From Saccharolobus solfataricus (GTDB lineage: Archaea > Thermoproteota > Thermoprotei_A > Sulfolobales > Sulfolobaceae): DNA of 32,000 bases. Positions within the stretch are counted from its first letter, which is position 1. The number at the start of each line of letters is the position of its first letter. Position numbers and translations under genes: made by a program. Under the pieces are notes generated by a model. It was not told the origin of the DNA and made no database searches. It saw nothing but the letters and a program-made list of their open reading frames with translations. Below, one piece after another: positions 19,261 through 28,479 of the stretch. Location: assembly GCF_900079115.1 (NCBI RefSeq), contig NZ_LT549890.1, positions 1,050,001 through 1,082,000 on the forward strand. Reading direction: 5' to 3'.

Positions 19261-19904
19261 TAAGGTGTACGATTATAGATCAATAAATGGAAAAAGAGAT
19301 TTATAGCCTTTAGCGATATATAACTGAGGTTTTCAAAATTATATACTGTCGTTATCATAATATTCTAATATGATCAGAAAGAGAAAGGACTTTTTCCCTA
19401 TTTTATAAAGCCGTAGGTGCTGCTTAGTTTATCAGTTTAATGTTTTTACACCAAATCACTATTATTTTTCCTATTGATTAATATCAGATATATGATTTCT
19501 ATTTGTGAAAATTTAACAAATCTATAAAACACGTGCTATTCAAGTCAACTGTAAATTGTAATATCTTATATGAAAATAATGGTAATGGTTCTTTCTCTTA
19601 GTACCTTTAGTATAATGTTCGCTCACGCTAGTCCCCTATTAGTCTTTGAAATATGAAATCAATTATTACAAATACTTCTACAGAAACAAATTGAAATCGT
19701 GAAGGAGACGTAAATCGCCCAGAGGCACATAGAAGCAAGCTTAATATCTAGAAATTAATATAAACTTTACTTAAAATTCTCTAGTTAGTAGATAACACTT
19801 GGCCGTGCACTTTTATGATCCTATCGCTAATAAACCAATATAACTATTTGATCAAGTTTATATTAGTGAAATTCAGCACCGGTCTCATAGTTTTCCTACT
19901 CGTG

Positions 19905-20237
19905 TTAATTTTTAGGTAATAATCTTGGATTAGACTCAATTATCTTTACTAAGTTATCTAAAGTTTTTAACTTCTCATCGACTTCCTCCTCTTTCTCTTC
20001 AAGTTGTTTATGTAAATCGGTAAGTTCTTTTTGCACTTCTTCAAGCTTTTTCTTGCACTTTTCTTCAATTTCCTTAAGTTCATCATTACACTTATCAAAG
20101 TTATCGAGATATTTTATGGTAGCGTAAATGATCGAGGCTACAGCTATTCTCTCATCTTCCGTTAATTGTTCTCCGTGCACAAACTTATCTAATGCAATAG
20201 AAAGTTGTTTTATCCATTCTTCAAGCATAATAATCAT
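19905..20237 (-). CDS. Hypothetical coiled-coil protein
   Basis: 110-aa ORF with heptad-like, E/K-rich C-terminal half (KEIEEKCKKKLEEVQKELTDLHKQLEEKEEEVDEKLK). No recognisable domain. Confidence 0.5.
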   Translation of the reverse strand: MIIMLEEWIKQLSIALDKFVHGEQLTEDERIAVASIIYATIKYLDNFDKCNDELKEIEEKCKKKLEEVQKELTDLHKQLEEKEEEVDEKLKTLDNLVKIIESNPRLLPKN

Positions 20238-20306
20238 ACTAGTAGAGGATTTATATTTGTTTTTCGTTTTCGTAATTTCGACCCTAATTTCCCTTCTGTA
20301 CCGCGT

Positions 20307-20771
20307 ATGAGAAAGTTTAAATTAGTATGCGAGAAGAACATTAAATTGATGCCTTCGTTCGGCATTATGACAGATATTGTAACTGAAGAACTTAAGGAAG
20401 AGCTAAGGAAAAAGTTAGGAAGGGAAATTCCTAGTGTTACTGTGGAGTTTGTTAACTACCTCCCTCCTCAAGTATTGGCATATGTAAGGGCTAACGATTA
20501 CACAATATACGTCAACTATGAACAGTATATGAGAGCTAAGAGAATGGGATACGAATACGATTATTTGTACGTTATACTACTACACGAATACTTACATATT
20601 ATCGGGATTGCTGATGAAAGAGAGGTAAGGAGGATAGATTTAGAAATGGTAAAGGACAAGTTTGGTGAAAATAGTACAGCATATAAAATAGCCTTAAATC
20701 TAGCAGACCCTAGGGATATACATTTAAATGAATCTCAAAGATTAGGCGGAAAGCCAAATACCTTTATGTAA
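20307..20771 (+). CDS. Hypothetical protein with HExxH motif (putative small zinc metallopeptidase)
   Basis: VILLHEYLHIIG contains HEYLH. The ORF-track start 20205 overlaps the divergent gene, so I prefer ATG 20307. ATG 20349 and 20367 are also possible, since TTTAAATT at 20314-20321 could be a TATA box. Confidence 0.55.
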   Translation: MRKFKLVCEKNIKLMPSFGIMTDIVTEELKEELRKKLGREIPSVTVEFVNYLPPQVLAYVRANDYTIYVNYEQYMRAKRMGYEYDYLYVILLHEYLHIIGIADEREVRRIDLEMVKDKFGENSTAYKIALNLADPRDIHLNESQRLGGKPNTFM

Positions 20772-20844
20772 TACAAAAATATTTATTTTCTTGGTTTTAC
20801 ATTTTAGTTAAGAGTAGTTAGGTATCTGAATTAGAAGGGAAATG

Positions 20845-20852
20845 TTTATATA
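20845..20852 (+). promoter_or_regulatory. Candidate TATA box for the 20874 gene
   Basis: TTTATATA is centred about 26 nt upstream of the GTG start at 20874. Confidence 0.35.
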
Positions 20853-20873
20853 GAAAAGAAATAAGATACTCTT

Positions 20874-21293
20874 GTGCAGGATAAAATAGAAATTTATGGC
20901 GAAGAATACGATGAGAAACTTTCTGTAATATTAGCCGATCCCAATTTTTTAATTACAAATCTGCTTGGGGCGTCAAATGTTGATATTAAAGAAGGCGACT
21001 TTACTGCAGAAGTTCCTTTATCAGCACTACTTGGTAAGGCTACAATAGTAATATATGGCAAAGTCTTCAGATCCCTAAACTCTATAACTTATGTGATTAA
21101 CGTTGCCGGATATGGTCCAGATAAGGGTGGGAAAATAAGAGTCCAGTTAGAAAAAGGTAAGATAATTATTGATGTAGAATTTAATATTCCATTAGGGTTT
21201 TTAAATGCAAGACTTATTAAATCGAGAATAGCCGATTTCAAAAACAAGGCAAATGAGTTGATAAGACTAGAAAGGATAAAGAGAAAAATTTAA
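20874..21293 (+). CDS. Hypothetical protein (139 aa)
   Basis: Clean ORF with a GTG start at leaderless spacing from a TATA box. Alternating beta-like pattern and a C-terminal helix. Any SRPBCC/CoxG-like assignment is only a guess. Confidence 0.55.
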   Translation: MQDKIEIYGEEYDEKLSVILADPNFLITNLLGASNVDIKEGDFTAEVPLSALLGKATIVIYGKVFRSLNSITYVINVAGYGPDKGGKIRVQLEKGKIIIDVEFNIPLGFLNARLIKSRIADFKNKANELIRLERIKRKI

Positions 21294-21406
21294 CTTTAGT
21301 ATAAAATACTTTCAAAACTCATCGAGCTGATTTGAACACTATATAGCCATAAAGGGATCTATCTACCATAAAAATCCTTTTATTAATTAACGTTTAATTA
21401 TTTATT

Positions 21407-22765
21407 ATGGACTTCTCCGAATTGAGAGATATTGAGCAAAAGGTAGAGGAGAGAGAGGATTTTTCTGGAGATAAAGTAAGACCATTAGTCGTGTTTTTCC
21501 CTAAGGATGAGGATGAGGTTATTAGAATTGTTAAGTTTGCTAAGAAAAACAAAGTACCCATAATACCCTGGGGTCAAGGAACGAGTTTAACTGGAGCAGT
21601 CTCATGTGATAAAAACTGTATACTTGTTGACCTATCAAAAATGAATAAAATTTTAGAGATAAACGATGTTGACTGGTATGTAAGAGTCCAACCGGGAATT
21701 AAATTAATAGACCTTTTCGAGGAATTGGAGAAAAAGGGCTTTATGTTACCTCCAGATCCAGCAAGCTTCTTCCTATGTTCAGTCGGCGGGGCAGTTGCTG
21801 AATCCTCAGGAGGGATGAGGGGAGTAAGACATGGCTCGTTTAGAGAATGGGTATTATCATTACGTGTTGTATTACCAGATGGGGAAGTAATTAAGGTTGG
21901 AGAACCACTAAGGAAGAATAGGGCCGGATATGATTTAGTCCATTTGTTTGTGGGAAGTGAGGGAACTTTAGGAATAATAACGGAAATCTGGTTAAGAATA
22001 ATCCCAATTTCCAAGAGGAAGATGGTTATGATAGCTGCAATGCTAAAAGATTTCGAATCTGCAGGGGAAGTGATATTAGGTTTAAGGAAGAACAAGATCT
22101 TGCCAGAGTTATCAGAATATGTTGATGCTGATGTAGTCAAGGCGTTGAATAAGCACTTTAGCGCTAACCTAAAGGAAACGGAGGGAGGAATGCTATTAAT
22201 TTCAATAGAGGAAGATAGTGTTAATGATGTATTGAAAGTTCTTGAGGGGAGGGCAGTTGATATTAAAATTGCAGAAGGTGAAGAGGCACAGAAATTGTAC
22301 TCATTAAGATCACAAGCTGCGATTGCAGTGAAAGCAGAGGCAGGAAACGTATTTTACGCTGAAGACATAGTTGTACCAGTTTCTAAATTGCCCGAGGCTA
22401 TAAGAAGACTTGGAGAAATAGGCGAGAAGTACAATACTAAATTCTACGTAATATCACATATAGGTGATGGTAACCTTCATCCAAATATAATAATTGAGGA
22501 AAAAGAAGTAAGGGAAAAGGCATTTGAAGAAATAGCTAGAATGGCAATAGAGTTAGGTGGTTCTGTTAGCGGTGAGCATGGTATTGGTGTGCAGAAGGCA
22601 AAGTTAATGGCTGAGCAAATAGTTAAACACAATGGTATTAGGGTATTAGACTTAATGTATCAGATAAAGAAGTTAATTGATCCAGACGACATAATGAATC
22701 CAAATAAGTATGTAGAGTTAGCCTATAAGTACATATCCTCTCCTACAAATTCTATACTAGATTAA
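21407..22765 (+). CDS. FAD-linked oxidase (GlcD / D-lactate dehydrogenase family)
   Basis: PCMH-type FAD-binding region [14 protein letters not shown]...[11 protein letters not shown] and C-terminal [10 protein letters not shown]. 452 aa. Confidence 0.85.
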   Translation: MDFSELRDIEQKVEEREDFSGDKVRPLVVFFPKDEDEVIRIVKFAKKNKVPIIPWGQGTSLTGAVSCDKNCILVDLSKMNKILEINDVDWYVRVQPGIKLIDLFEELEKKGFMLPPDPASFFLCSVGGAVAESSGGMRGVRHGSFREWVLSLRVVLPDGEVIKVGEPLRKNRAGYDLVHLFVGSEGTLGIITEIWLRIIPISKRKMVMIAAMLKDFESAGEVILGLRKNKILPELSEYVDADVVKALNKHFSANLKETEGGMLLISIEEDSVNDVLKVLEGRAVDIKIAEGEEAQKLYSLRSQAAIAVKAEAGNVFYAEDIVVPVSKLPEAIRRLGEIGEKYNTKFYVISHIGDGNLHPNIIIEEKEVREKAFEEIARMAIELGGSVSGEHGIGVQKAKLMAEQIVKHNGIRVLDLMYQIKKLIDPDDIMNPNKYVELAYKYISSPTNSILD

Positions 22766-22879
22766 TAGGATTTACTAACTTAAAGTTAGGTCCTTTTAAT
22801 TCTTACTATAAAATTTACCCTCCTAATATTTAATGTAACATTTTCTCTTCTCAAAATTGTAACATCTAAACACTTTATC

Positions 22880-23204
22880 TTAACGGGGGTTAAGGGATCT
22901 TCCGCCCCCTTCCTCAAGGGGATGGATAGCCCCCTTATATAAAAGTTTTTTAACTAATCTAATCATATATTTCTTACATGATAGTTACCAATGGAGTAAG
23001 CGTCACCGAGACGCCTTGGTTAAAGCGAGGGTCAATGAGGTACGCCTCTGCTCCAGACAGTAGCCCCAAAGGCGGTAACAGTGTCATGGTTAATGAGTTT
23101 CGTTCGGGGTCGGAACGACCCTTAGTGTGGAGCTCTGCCCTCTACCGCTGGCAAGGTGGGGGTATGAGGCAGGAAGCCTTGTCCGTTAGGGCAGGGCAGT
23201 TCAC
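22880..23204 (+). mobile_element. tnpB-less IS200/IS605-derived element (MITE-like); left boundary uncertain
   Basis: GC-rich hairpins (for example CCCCTT-CCTC-AAGGGG at 22906-22921), a TATA-like TTATATAAAA (22935-22944), then a structured GC-rich segment. That segment ends in the same right-end sequence, with terminal TCAC, as the element at 1-934. Confidence 0.45.
23104..23204 (+). ncRNA. Orphan copy of the TnpB right-end / omega-RNA-like scaffold
   Basis: CGGGGTCGGAACGACCCTTAGTGTGGAGCTCTGCCCTCTACC...GGCAAGGTGGGG...GCAGGAAGC... aligns with 829-934. Similarity stops after TCAC in both copies. The 22978-23214 ORF is a by-product of this similarity. Confidence 0.4.
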
Positions 23205-23447
23205 TCTGGCATAGCTAGTGGAGACTACTTTCCCATTTTCAAATACCTAAACCAGTAAACACTAATTCCATCTCGTCTACAACATAAATGCTACTAGGTG
23301 ATTTAGTATCAACCTACGCCAATGCTATTATTGGACGCACTTTATATGACTGTATATTACTTTTTAAATGTTAATAATTTAAGTTTTTACTAAATATAAT
23401 GAAGATTTTATTAACCCCGATACGAAAAGTAAATTGGTGAGTAAAAA

Positions 23448-23681
23448 GTGAGTAGTCTTAAGATATATAAGGAATTGGATTTGACTAGTTCTTCGTGTGC
23501 TGGGCCTATTGGTGAGTTGTCCAGTGTTATTGATGAGTTGAGGGATGGCGAGGCTGTTAAGGTCATTTTGGGTGATGAGGCCACTAAGAAGGACATTACT
23601 TTGTGGAGTAAGAAGAAGGGCTTGAAAATAGTACAAGAGTCGCAAGAGGGAAGCAAGTACGTATTATTAATAAGCAAATAA
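23448..23681 (+). CDS. TusA/SirA-like sulfurtransferase
   Basis: 77 aa. LDLTSSSCAGPIGEL corresponds to the TusA active-site Cys loop, with CAGP in place of CPxP. The two-layer alpha/beta pattern continues with EAVKVILGDEATKKDI. Confidence 0.65.
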   Translation: MSSLKIYKELDLTSSSCAGPIGELSSVIDELRDGEAVKVILGDEATKKDITLWSKKKGLKIVQESQEGSKYVLLISK

Positions 23682-23685
23682 GGAA

Positions 23686-24729
23686 TTAGGTTACTTTTCT
23701 TTTTTCTCTCCTATTTTTATTCAAAAGGAGTGTATTAGGTGAAGTTAACATATGGACGTATTTTAGGGCAATTTTTATGCTCTTTATGTCTGGTGTAAAT
23801 GAAGGTTTATCCATTAATGGGTTAATCCAGATGATAGAGTTACACCTTTGTTTTATAATTTTCAACTCTCTTTCTAATAACTCTAATTCACCTAAATCCC
23901 ATCCATCGCTAAATATTACAACACTACATTTCCTGAATAGTAATTCGCCATAGTTTTTCCTTAGATTATATAAGGCTTCTCCTATTCTCGTTCCACTTCC
24001 ATAAGATACTAGGGAGATTATTTTTTTCACATCAATCTCGTCTATTCTGCTTACTTGGAAAAATTTTGTAACTCTTCTCATATCAGTACTAAAGTAGAAT
24101 ATTTCAGCTCTATTAGTAACTCTTCTAGTAAAGAACGAGAGTAATAGTATTTCCTTAATATAGTCCTTCATTGAACCTGATATATCGCATAATAATACCA
24201 TGTATGATTTATTTATTTTCCTCCTATGTTTAATAAGATATGGCGATTCTAATGAGTATTTTATTTCATCCCTTATTGTCATTCTTACATCTATTTCCCC
24301 GTTATCATTAACTTTGAATCTATGTCCCTCATAATTTAGTGTAATTTCCTTGAGCCTCTTTGCTATTTTACTCCATTTTATCATGTCACTATTTTCTATA
24401 TTGAATAAAATTGTCTTAATTTTAGATTCAGCTGGACTATACATGTAAAGTTCATTGGTTAAATATGGCCTATCAGTTACTTTACCCAGAACTGAATATT
24501 TATTTTCAATTTCTTGTCTTTCATCTAGTCTATCTTTATCTATTGCAAAATCTTTTATCATTGTTGCCTTTAGTACTGCCTTAATGGTCTCAAAATCTCT
24601 GTCTTTTATTAATTTTAGTGAATTTATCGTGTCTATAGTCTCATCTACTCCAACATTCCTACCTAATTGTCTGATAATATTAGCTATCTTTATTATTTTC
24701 TTTTCTTCTTCCATTTTTAATTCCCTCAA
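23686..24729 (-). CDS. coxE: VWA-domain protein, CoxE-like
   Basis: MIDAS motif LLCDISGSM...GSGTRIG...FSDGWD. Immediately downstream of the MoxR ATPase. The 50-nt overlap shrinks if the Met at 24714 is the start. Confidence 0.75.
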   Translation of the reverse strand: MRELKMEEEKKIIKIANIIRQLGRNVGVDETIDTINSLKLIKDRDFETIKAVLKATMIKDFAIDKDRLDERQEIENKYSVLGKVTDRPYLTNELYMYSPAESKIKTILFNIENSDMIKWSKIAKRLKEITLNYEGHRFKVNDNGEIDVRMTIRDEIKYSLESPYLIKHRRKINKSYMVLLCDISGSMKDYIKEILLLSFFTRRVTNRAEIFYFSTDMRRVTKFFQVSRIDEIDVKKIISLVSYGSGTRIGEALYNLRKNYGELLFRKCSVVIFSDGWDLGELELLERELKIIKQRCNSIIWINPLMDKPSFTPDIKSIKIALKYVHMLTSPNTLLLNKNRREKRKVT

Positions 24730-25555
24730 AATGCCTTATATCATCCTCATCCTTAAGCAAAACATTTACCACTAAACTCTTTATATCCTCCTCGGATTCC
24801 GCACCTAGTAAGTTTATCGCATTAACTAGATCTATAGTCTCAGCTATTCCGGGTTTATGTAATATTTCTTCATCTTGTCTAACACTATTCACTATTTTAA
24901 TGACCTTTCTAGCTTTCTCCACGTCTATTTCTCTAACTTTTCTTCTTACTATTTCTAACTCCTTTTCCTCATCTGGATAATTCAAGTATAGGTAAAGGCA
25001 TCTTCTTTTAAGTGCGTCTGAAAGGTCTCTAGTCTTATTAGACGTTATGAACACAAATGGTTTATCTTTAGCTTTTATGGTTCCCAACTCTGGAATAGTT
25101 ACTTGAAATTCCCCTAGAAATTCTAGTAAAAATCCCTCGAATTCAGGATCAGCTCTATCAATTTCATCAATTAATAAAACCACTCTCTTATCACTTTTTA
25201 TAGCTTTCAATAATGGTCTCTCAATTAGAAATTCCTCACTATATATTCTTTTCTTAACTTCATTCTCATCCACTTGCTGCATCATTTTAATTTCTAATAA
25301 CTGTTTTGGATAATTCCACTCATAAAGGGCATGAGTGTAATCTAGACCTTCATAACATTGCAGTCTTATTAAGTCTAAGTCCAGCACTTTAGCTATAACC
25401 TTAGCTAGTTCCGTTTTTCCACAACCTGGCGGTCCTTCTACAAGCAAAGGCTTTTCTAACTTCAAAGCAAGGAATACCGCTATAGCTGACTTTCTATCAA
25501 TTATATAGTCCTTTTCGGCAAGCAATCTAATTAATTCATCTACACTGTTAAGCAT
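24680..25555 (-). CDS. coxD: MoxR-family AAA+ ATPase, CoxD-like
   Basis: Walker A GPPGCGKTELAK, Walker B VLLIDEIDRADPE, 291 aa, follows coxL. Confidence 0.8.
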   Translation of the reverse strand: MLNSVDELIRLLAEKDYIIDRKSAIAVFLALKLEKPLLVEGPPGCGKTELAKVIAKVLDLDLIRLQCYEGLDYTHALYEWNYPKQLLEIKMMQQVDENEVKKRIYSEEFLIERPLLKAIKSDKRVVLLIDEIDRADPEFEGFLLEFLGEFQVTIPELGTIKAKDKPFVFITSNKTRDLSDALKRRCLYLYLNYPDEEKELEIVRRKVREIDVEKARKVIKIVNSVRQDEEILHKPGIAETIDLVNAINLLGAESEEDIKSLVVNVLLKDEDDIRHFEGIKNGRRKENNKDS

Positions 25556-25628
25556 AATTTATAACACCTATAGAAATAAATTGAATAGAGTACAGAAAAA
25601 CGTTTTATTAATTGATATCTTCCTATTA

Positions 25629-27986
25629 TTACTCATCAGACGCTACTCCTTTCTCCTTGAGAACCTTCCAAACTTTCCACGGCCATATGGGCATGTCAAT
25701 ATGTTTAACTCCTAAATCCCATAAGGCGTCAACTACTGCATTCACAAATGCCGCTGGGGATCCTACAGTAGCTGACTCTCCTACTCCTTTAGCACCTAAA
25801 GGATGATGTGGTGATGGTGTCACAGTCTTATCTAATTCCCATTTAGGTGTTTCAACCGCAGTAGGTATTAGGTATTCGGCGAAGCTTCCTCCATAAATGT
25901 TTCCATTCTCGTCATAACGTATTTCCTCCATGAAAGCTGTACCAAAACCCATTGTTAGTGCTCCCATTATTTGCCCATCCACAATCACTGGGTTTATTAT
26001 ATTACCACAGTCGTCAACAGCCACAAATCTCCTTACCTTAACTTGTCCAGTTCCCTTATCTATATCCACTACACAGATATAAGCTCCAAATGGGAATGTC
26101 ATATTTGGAGGGTTATAATACGTTACTGCTTCAAGTCCTGCTTCAACGTTAGGTGGTGGGTTAGTATACGCAGCAAGTGCAACATCTTGGATAGTTTTAT
26201 ATTTGTCTGGATAGCCTTTAACGTAAAACTTGCCCTTTTCAAATACTATATCCTCTTCTCTGGCTTCAAGTAAATGAGCTGCTATTTTTTTAGCCTTATC
26301 TAAAATCTTTCTAGAAGCTACAGCGGCAGCAGCACCTGCTGTAGGTGTACTACGACTTGCGTAGGTACCTAAACCATATGGACAAGTATCTGTATCACCC
26401 TCTTCTACTATTATGTCCTCTACTGGGATGCCTAATATTTCAGAGATTATTTGGGCATATGTCGTCTCATGCCCTTGACCTTGTGCTCGTGTTCCAAATC
26501 TAGCTATGACTTTTCCAGTTGGATGTATCCTAATTTCAGCACTATCGAACATTTTAATACCGACTATATCAAACAGATCAGCTGGACCAGCCCCTACTAT
26601 TTCCACAAAAGTGCTAATTCCTATGCCCATAAGTTCTCCCTTCTTTCTCTTCTCCTCTTGCTCCTTTCTTAACTCGTAATATCCTATCTTTTCCATTGCT
26701 TTCTTTAACGCTGAAGCGTAGTTTCCACTATCATAAGTCCAACCAAGTGCGGATCTATATGGAAACTTCTCTGGAGGGATGAAGTTCTTTAGTCTTAATT
26801 CTGCAGGATCCATATGTAATTCGTGTGCTAAAATATCAACTAATCTCTCTATTGTGTAAGAGGCTTCTGTTACTCTGAATGAACACCTATATGCTATACC
26901 ACCAGCTGGCTTGTTAGTATAAGCTCCAGTAACCTCAACATACGCAGCCTTTATATCATAAGCACCAGTACAAATACTAAATAACCCTGCTGGGAATTTG
27001 CTTGGATTTGCATCACCATAAAACGCTCCATGGTCACTTATCACTTTAATTCTAAGTCCCAAGATAGTACCATCCTTCTTAGCGGCCAATTCACCATGGA
27101 TGTGGAAGTCCCTTGCGAATGCTGTGCTTCTCATATCTTCTGATCTAGTGTTTATCCATTTAACTGGTCTTCCTAATTTTACTGATGCGTAGGCTGAAAC
27201 TACATATCCGGGATAGACATATACTTTGCCACCAAATCCTCCTCCTATATCTGGTGACACTATCCTTATCTTGTTTTCAGGAATTTTAGTTACCATTGAG
27301 AACACCGTCCTAACGACGTGAGGAGCTTGAGTAGTCATCCATAGGGTTAACTTTCCAGAAACTGGGTCATAATGCGCTATTGACCCCACTGGCTCCATAT
27401 AGGCCACATGTAGACGCTGATAATAGAAGTCTTGGCTCACTACAATATCCGCTTCTTTAAATATTTTTTCAGTAACCTCTTTATTGCCAGCTTCCCATCT
27501 AAATACTAGATTAGATTTCTTATCTGGCCTAACAATAGGAGAATTGGGCTCTAACGCTTTTTTAGGATCGATTACTGGTTCTAACGGCTCATATTCTATT
27601 TCTACTTGATTTGCAGCATCCATCGCTGCATACTTATCCTCAGCTATTATGGCCACTACTTCTTGCCCTTGAAACACTACTTTATCGGTTGGCAAAACCA
27701 TCATTTTATCTCCCATTAACGTTGGGATCCAAGCTAGTCCAGCTTTATCTAGCTCTTCTCCAGTAATTATATCAATAACTCCCGGTATAGACTTAGCTTT
27801 CTCGACACTAATTTTCTTTATTTTTGCATGAGCGTACGGACTTCTTACGAAAACTAGATATGCCATATTAGGTAGTTTTATATCGTCAACGTAAGTTCCC
27901 TTACCCATTAAAAATCTAACATCCTCTTTACGCCTTATCTTATGTCCCATACCGTGAACTCCAATTGGCGGTAAGGTTTCTTCCAT
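25629..27986 (-). CDS. coxL: Aerobic-type CO dehydrogenase large subunit (molybdopterin), form-I active-site loop
   Basis: 785 aa. GGGFGGK. Loop GGIAYRCSFRVTEASY contains the AYXCSFR signature. C-terminal GAKGVGESATVGSPAA. Confidence 0.85.
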   Translation of the reverse strand: MEETLPPIGVHGMGHKIRRKEDVRFLMGKGTYVDDIKLPNMAYLVFVRSPYAHAKIKKISVEKAKSIPGVIDIITGEELDKAGLAWIPTLMGDKMMVLPTDKVVFQGQEVVAIIAEDKYAAMDAANQVEIEYEPLEPVIDPKKALEPNSPIVRPDKKSNLVFRWEAGNKEVTEKIFKEADIVVSQDFYYQRLHVAYMEPVGSIAHYDPVSGKLTLWMTTQAPHVVRTVFSMVTKIPENKIRIVSPDIGGGFGGKVYVYPGYVVSAYASVKLGRPVKWINTRSEDMRSTAFARDFHIHGELAAKKDGTILGLRIKVISDHGAFYGDANPSKFPAGLFSICTGAYDIKAAYVEVTGAYTNKPAGGIAYRCSFRVTEASYTIERLVDILAHELHMDPAELRLKNFIPPEKFPYRSALGWTYDSGNYASALKKAMEKIGYYELRKEQEEKRKKGELMGIGISTFVEIVGAGPADLFDIVGIKMFDSAEIRIHPTGKVIARFGTRAQGQGHETTYAQIISEILGIPVEDIIVEEGDTDTCPYGLGTYASRSTPTAGAAAAVASRKILDKAKKIAAHLLEAREEDIVFEKGKFYVKGYPDKYKTIQDVALAAYTNPPPNVEAGLEAVTYYNPPNMTFPFGAYICVVDIDKGTGQVKVRRFVAVDDCGNIINPVIVDGQIMGALTMGFGTAFMEEIRYDENGNIYGGSFAEYLIPTAVETPKWELDKTVTPSPHHPLGAKGVGESATVGSPAAFVNAVVDALWDLGVKHIDMPIWPWKVWKVLKEKGVASDE

Positions 27987-27987
27987 C

Positions 27988-28479
27988 CTAACTCATCTCC
28001 CTCATTTTCTCAGAAGCATATTTTATGGCTTCAACAATATTCTGATATCCAGTACATCTGCATAAATTTCCAGAGATACCCCATCTTATCTCTTCCTCCG
28101 TTGGATTTGGATTCCTTTTAAGTAATTGATACGCGGCCATTATCATTCCAGGAGTACAATAACCGCATTGCAACCCATGCTTAACCCAAAATCCTTCTTG
28201 TATTGGGTGTAATTTACCATCTCTAGCTAAACCCTCTATAGTTAGCACTTCCTTTCCATTAGCTTGAACTGCAAATATAGTACACGATTTTGCTGCTTTA
28301 CCATTAAGAATTACCGTACAAGCGCCGCAGTTTGTTGTATCGCATCCTACATGAGTTCCGGTTAGTCCTGCAACCTCCCTAATAAAATGTACTAATAATA
28401 ATCTTGGCTCTATATCGGCCTCATAAGGCTTTCCATTAATCGTTATTCTCACGTGAACCTTCTGAGCCACTTTAAGCAC
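27988..28479 (-). CDS. coxS: CO dehydrogenase / molybdopterin hydroxylase small subunit, 2x[2Fe-2S]
   Basis: [12 protein letters not shown]...C and CGYCTPGM...CRCTGY motifs, 163 aa. Confidence 0.9.
   Translation of the reverse strand: MLKVAQKVHVRITINGKPYEADIEPRLLLVHFIREVAGLTGTHVGCDTTNCGACTVILNGKAAKSCTIFAVQANGKEVLTIEGLARDGKLHPIQEGFWVKHGLQCGYCTPGMIMAAYQLLKRNPNPTEEEIRWGISGNLCRCTGYQNIVEAIKYASEKMREMS

Noticed and set aside
19261-19904. 640-bp AT-rich non-coding gap downstream of the orphan hydroxylase subunit, scanned for repeats, tRNA-like structure, CRISPR repeats and IS ends
   Set aside because: I found no internal repeats, no cloverleaf-compatible segment, no similarity to the mobile-element termini elsewhere in the window, and no ORF over 60 aa. 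It is possibly a degraded relic, but nothing supports a specific call.
22978-23214. 78-aa ORF (MIVTNGVSV...[14 protein letters not shown]...)
   Set aside because: Only the [14 protein letters not shown] stretch resembles anything, namely the extreme C terminus of TnpB. The ORF is a by-product of the conserved right-end/RNA sequence and not a gene.
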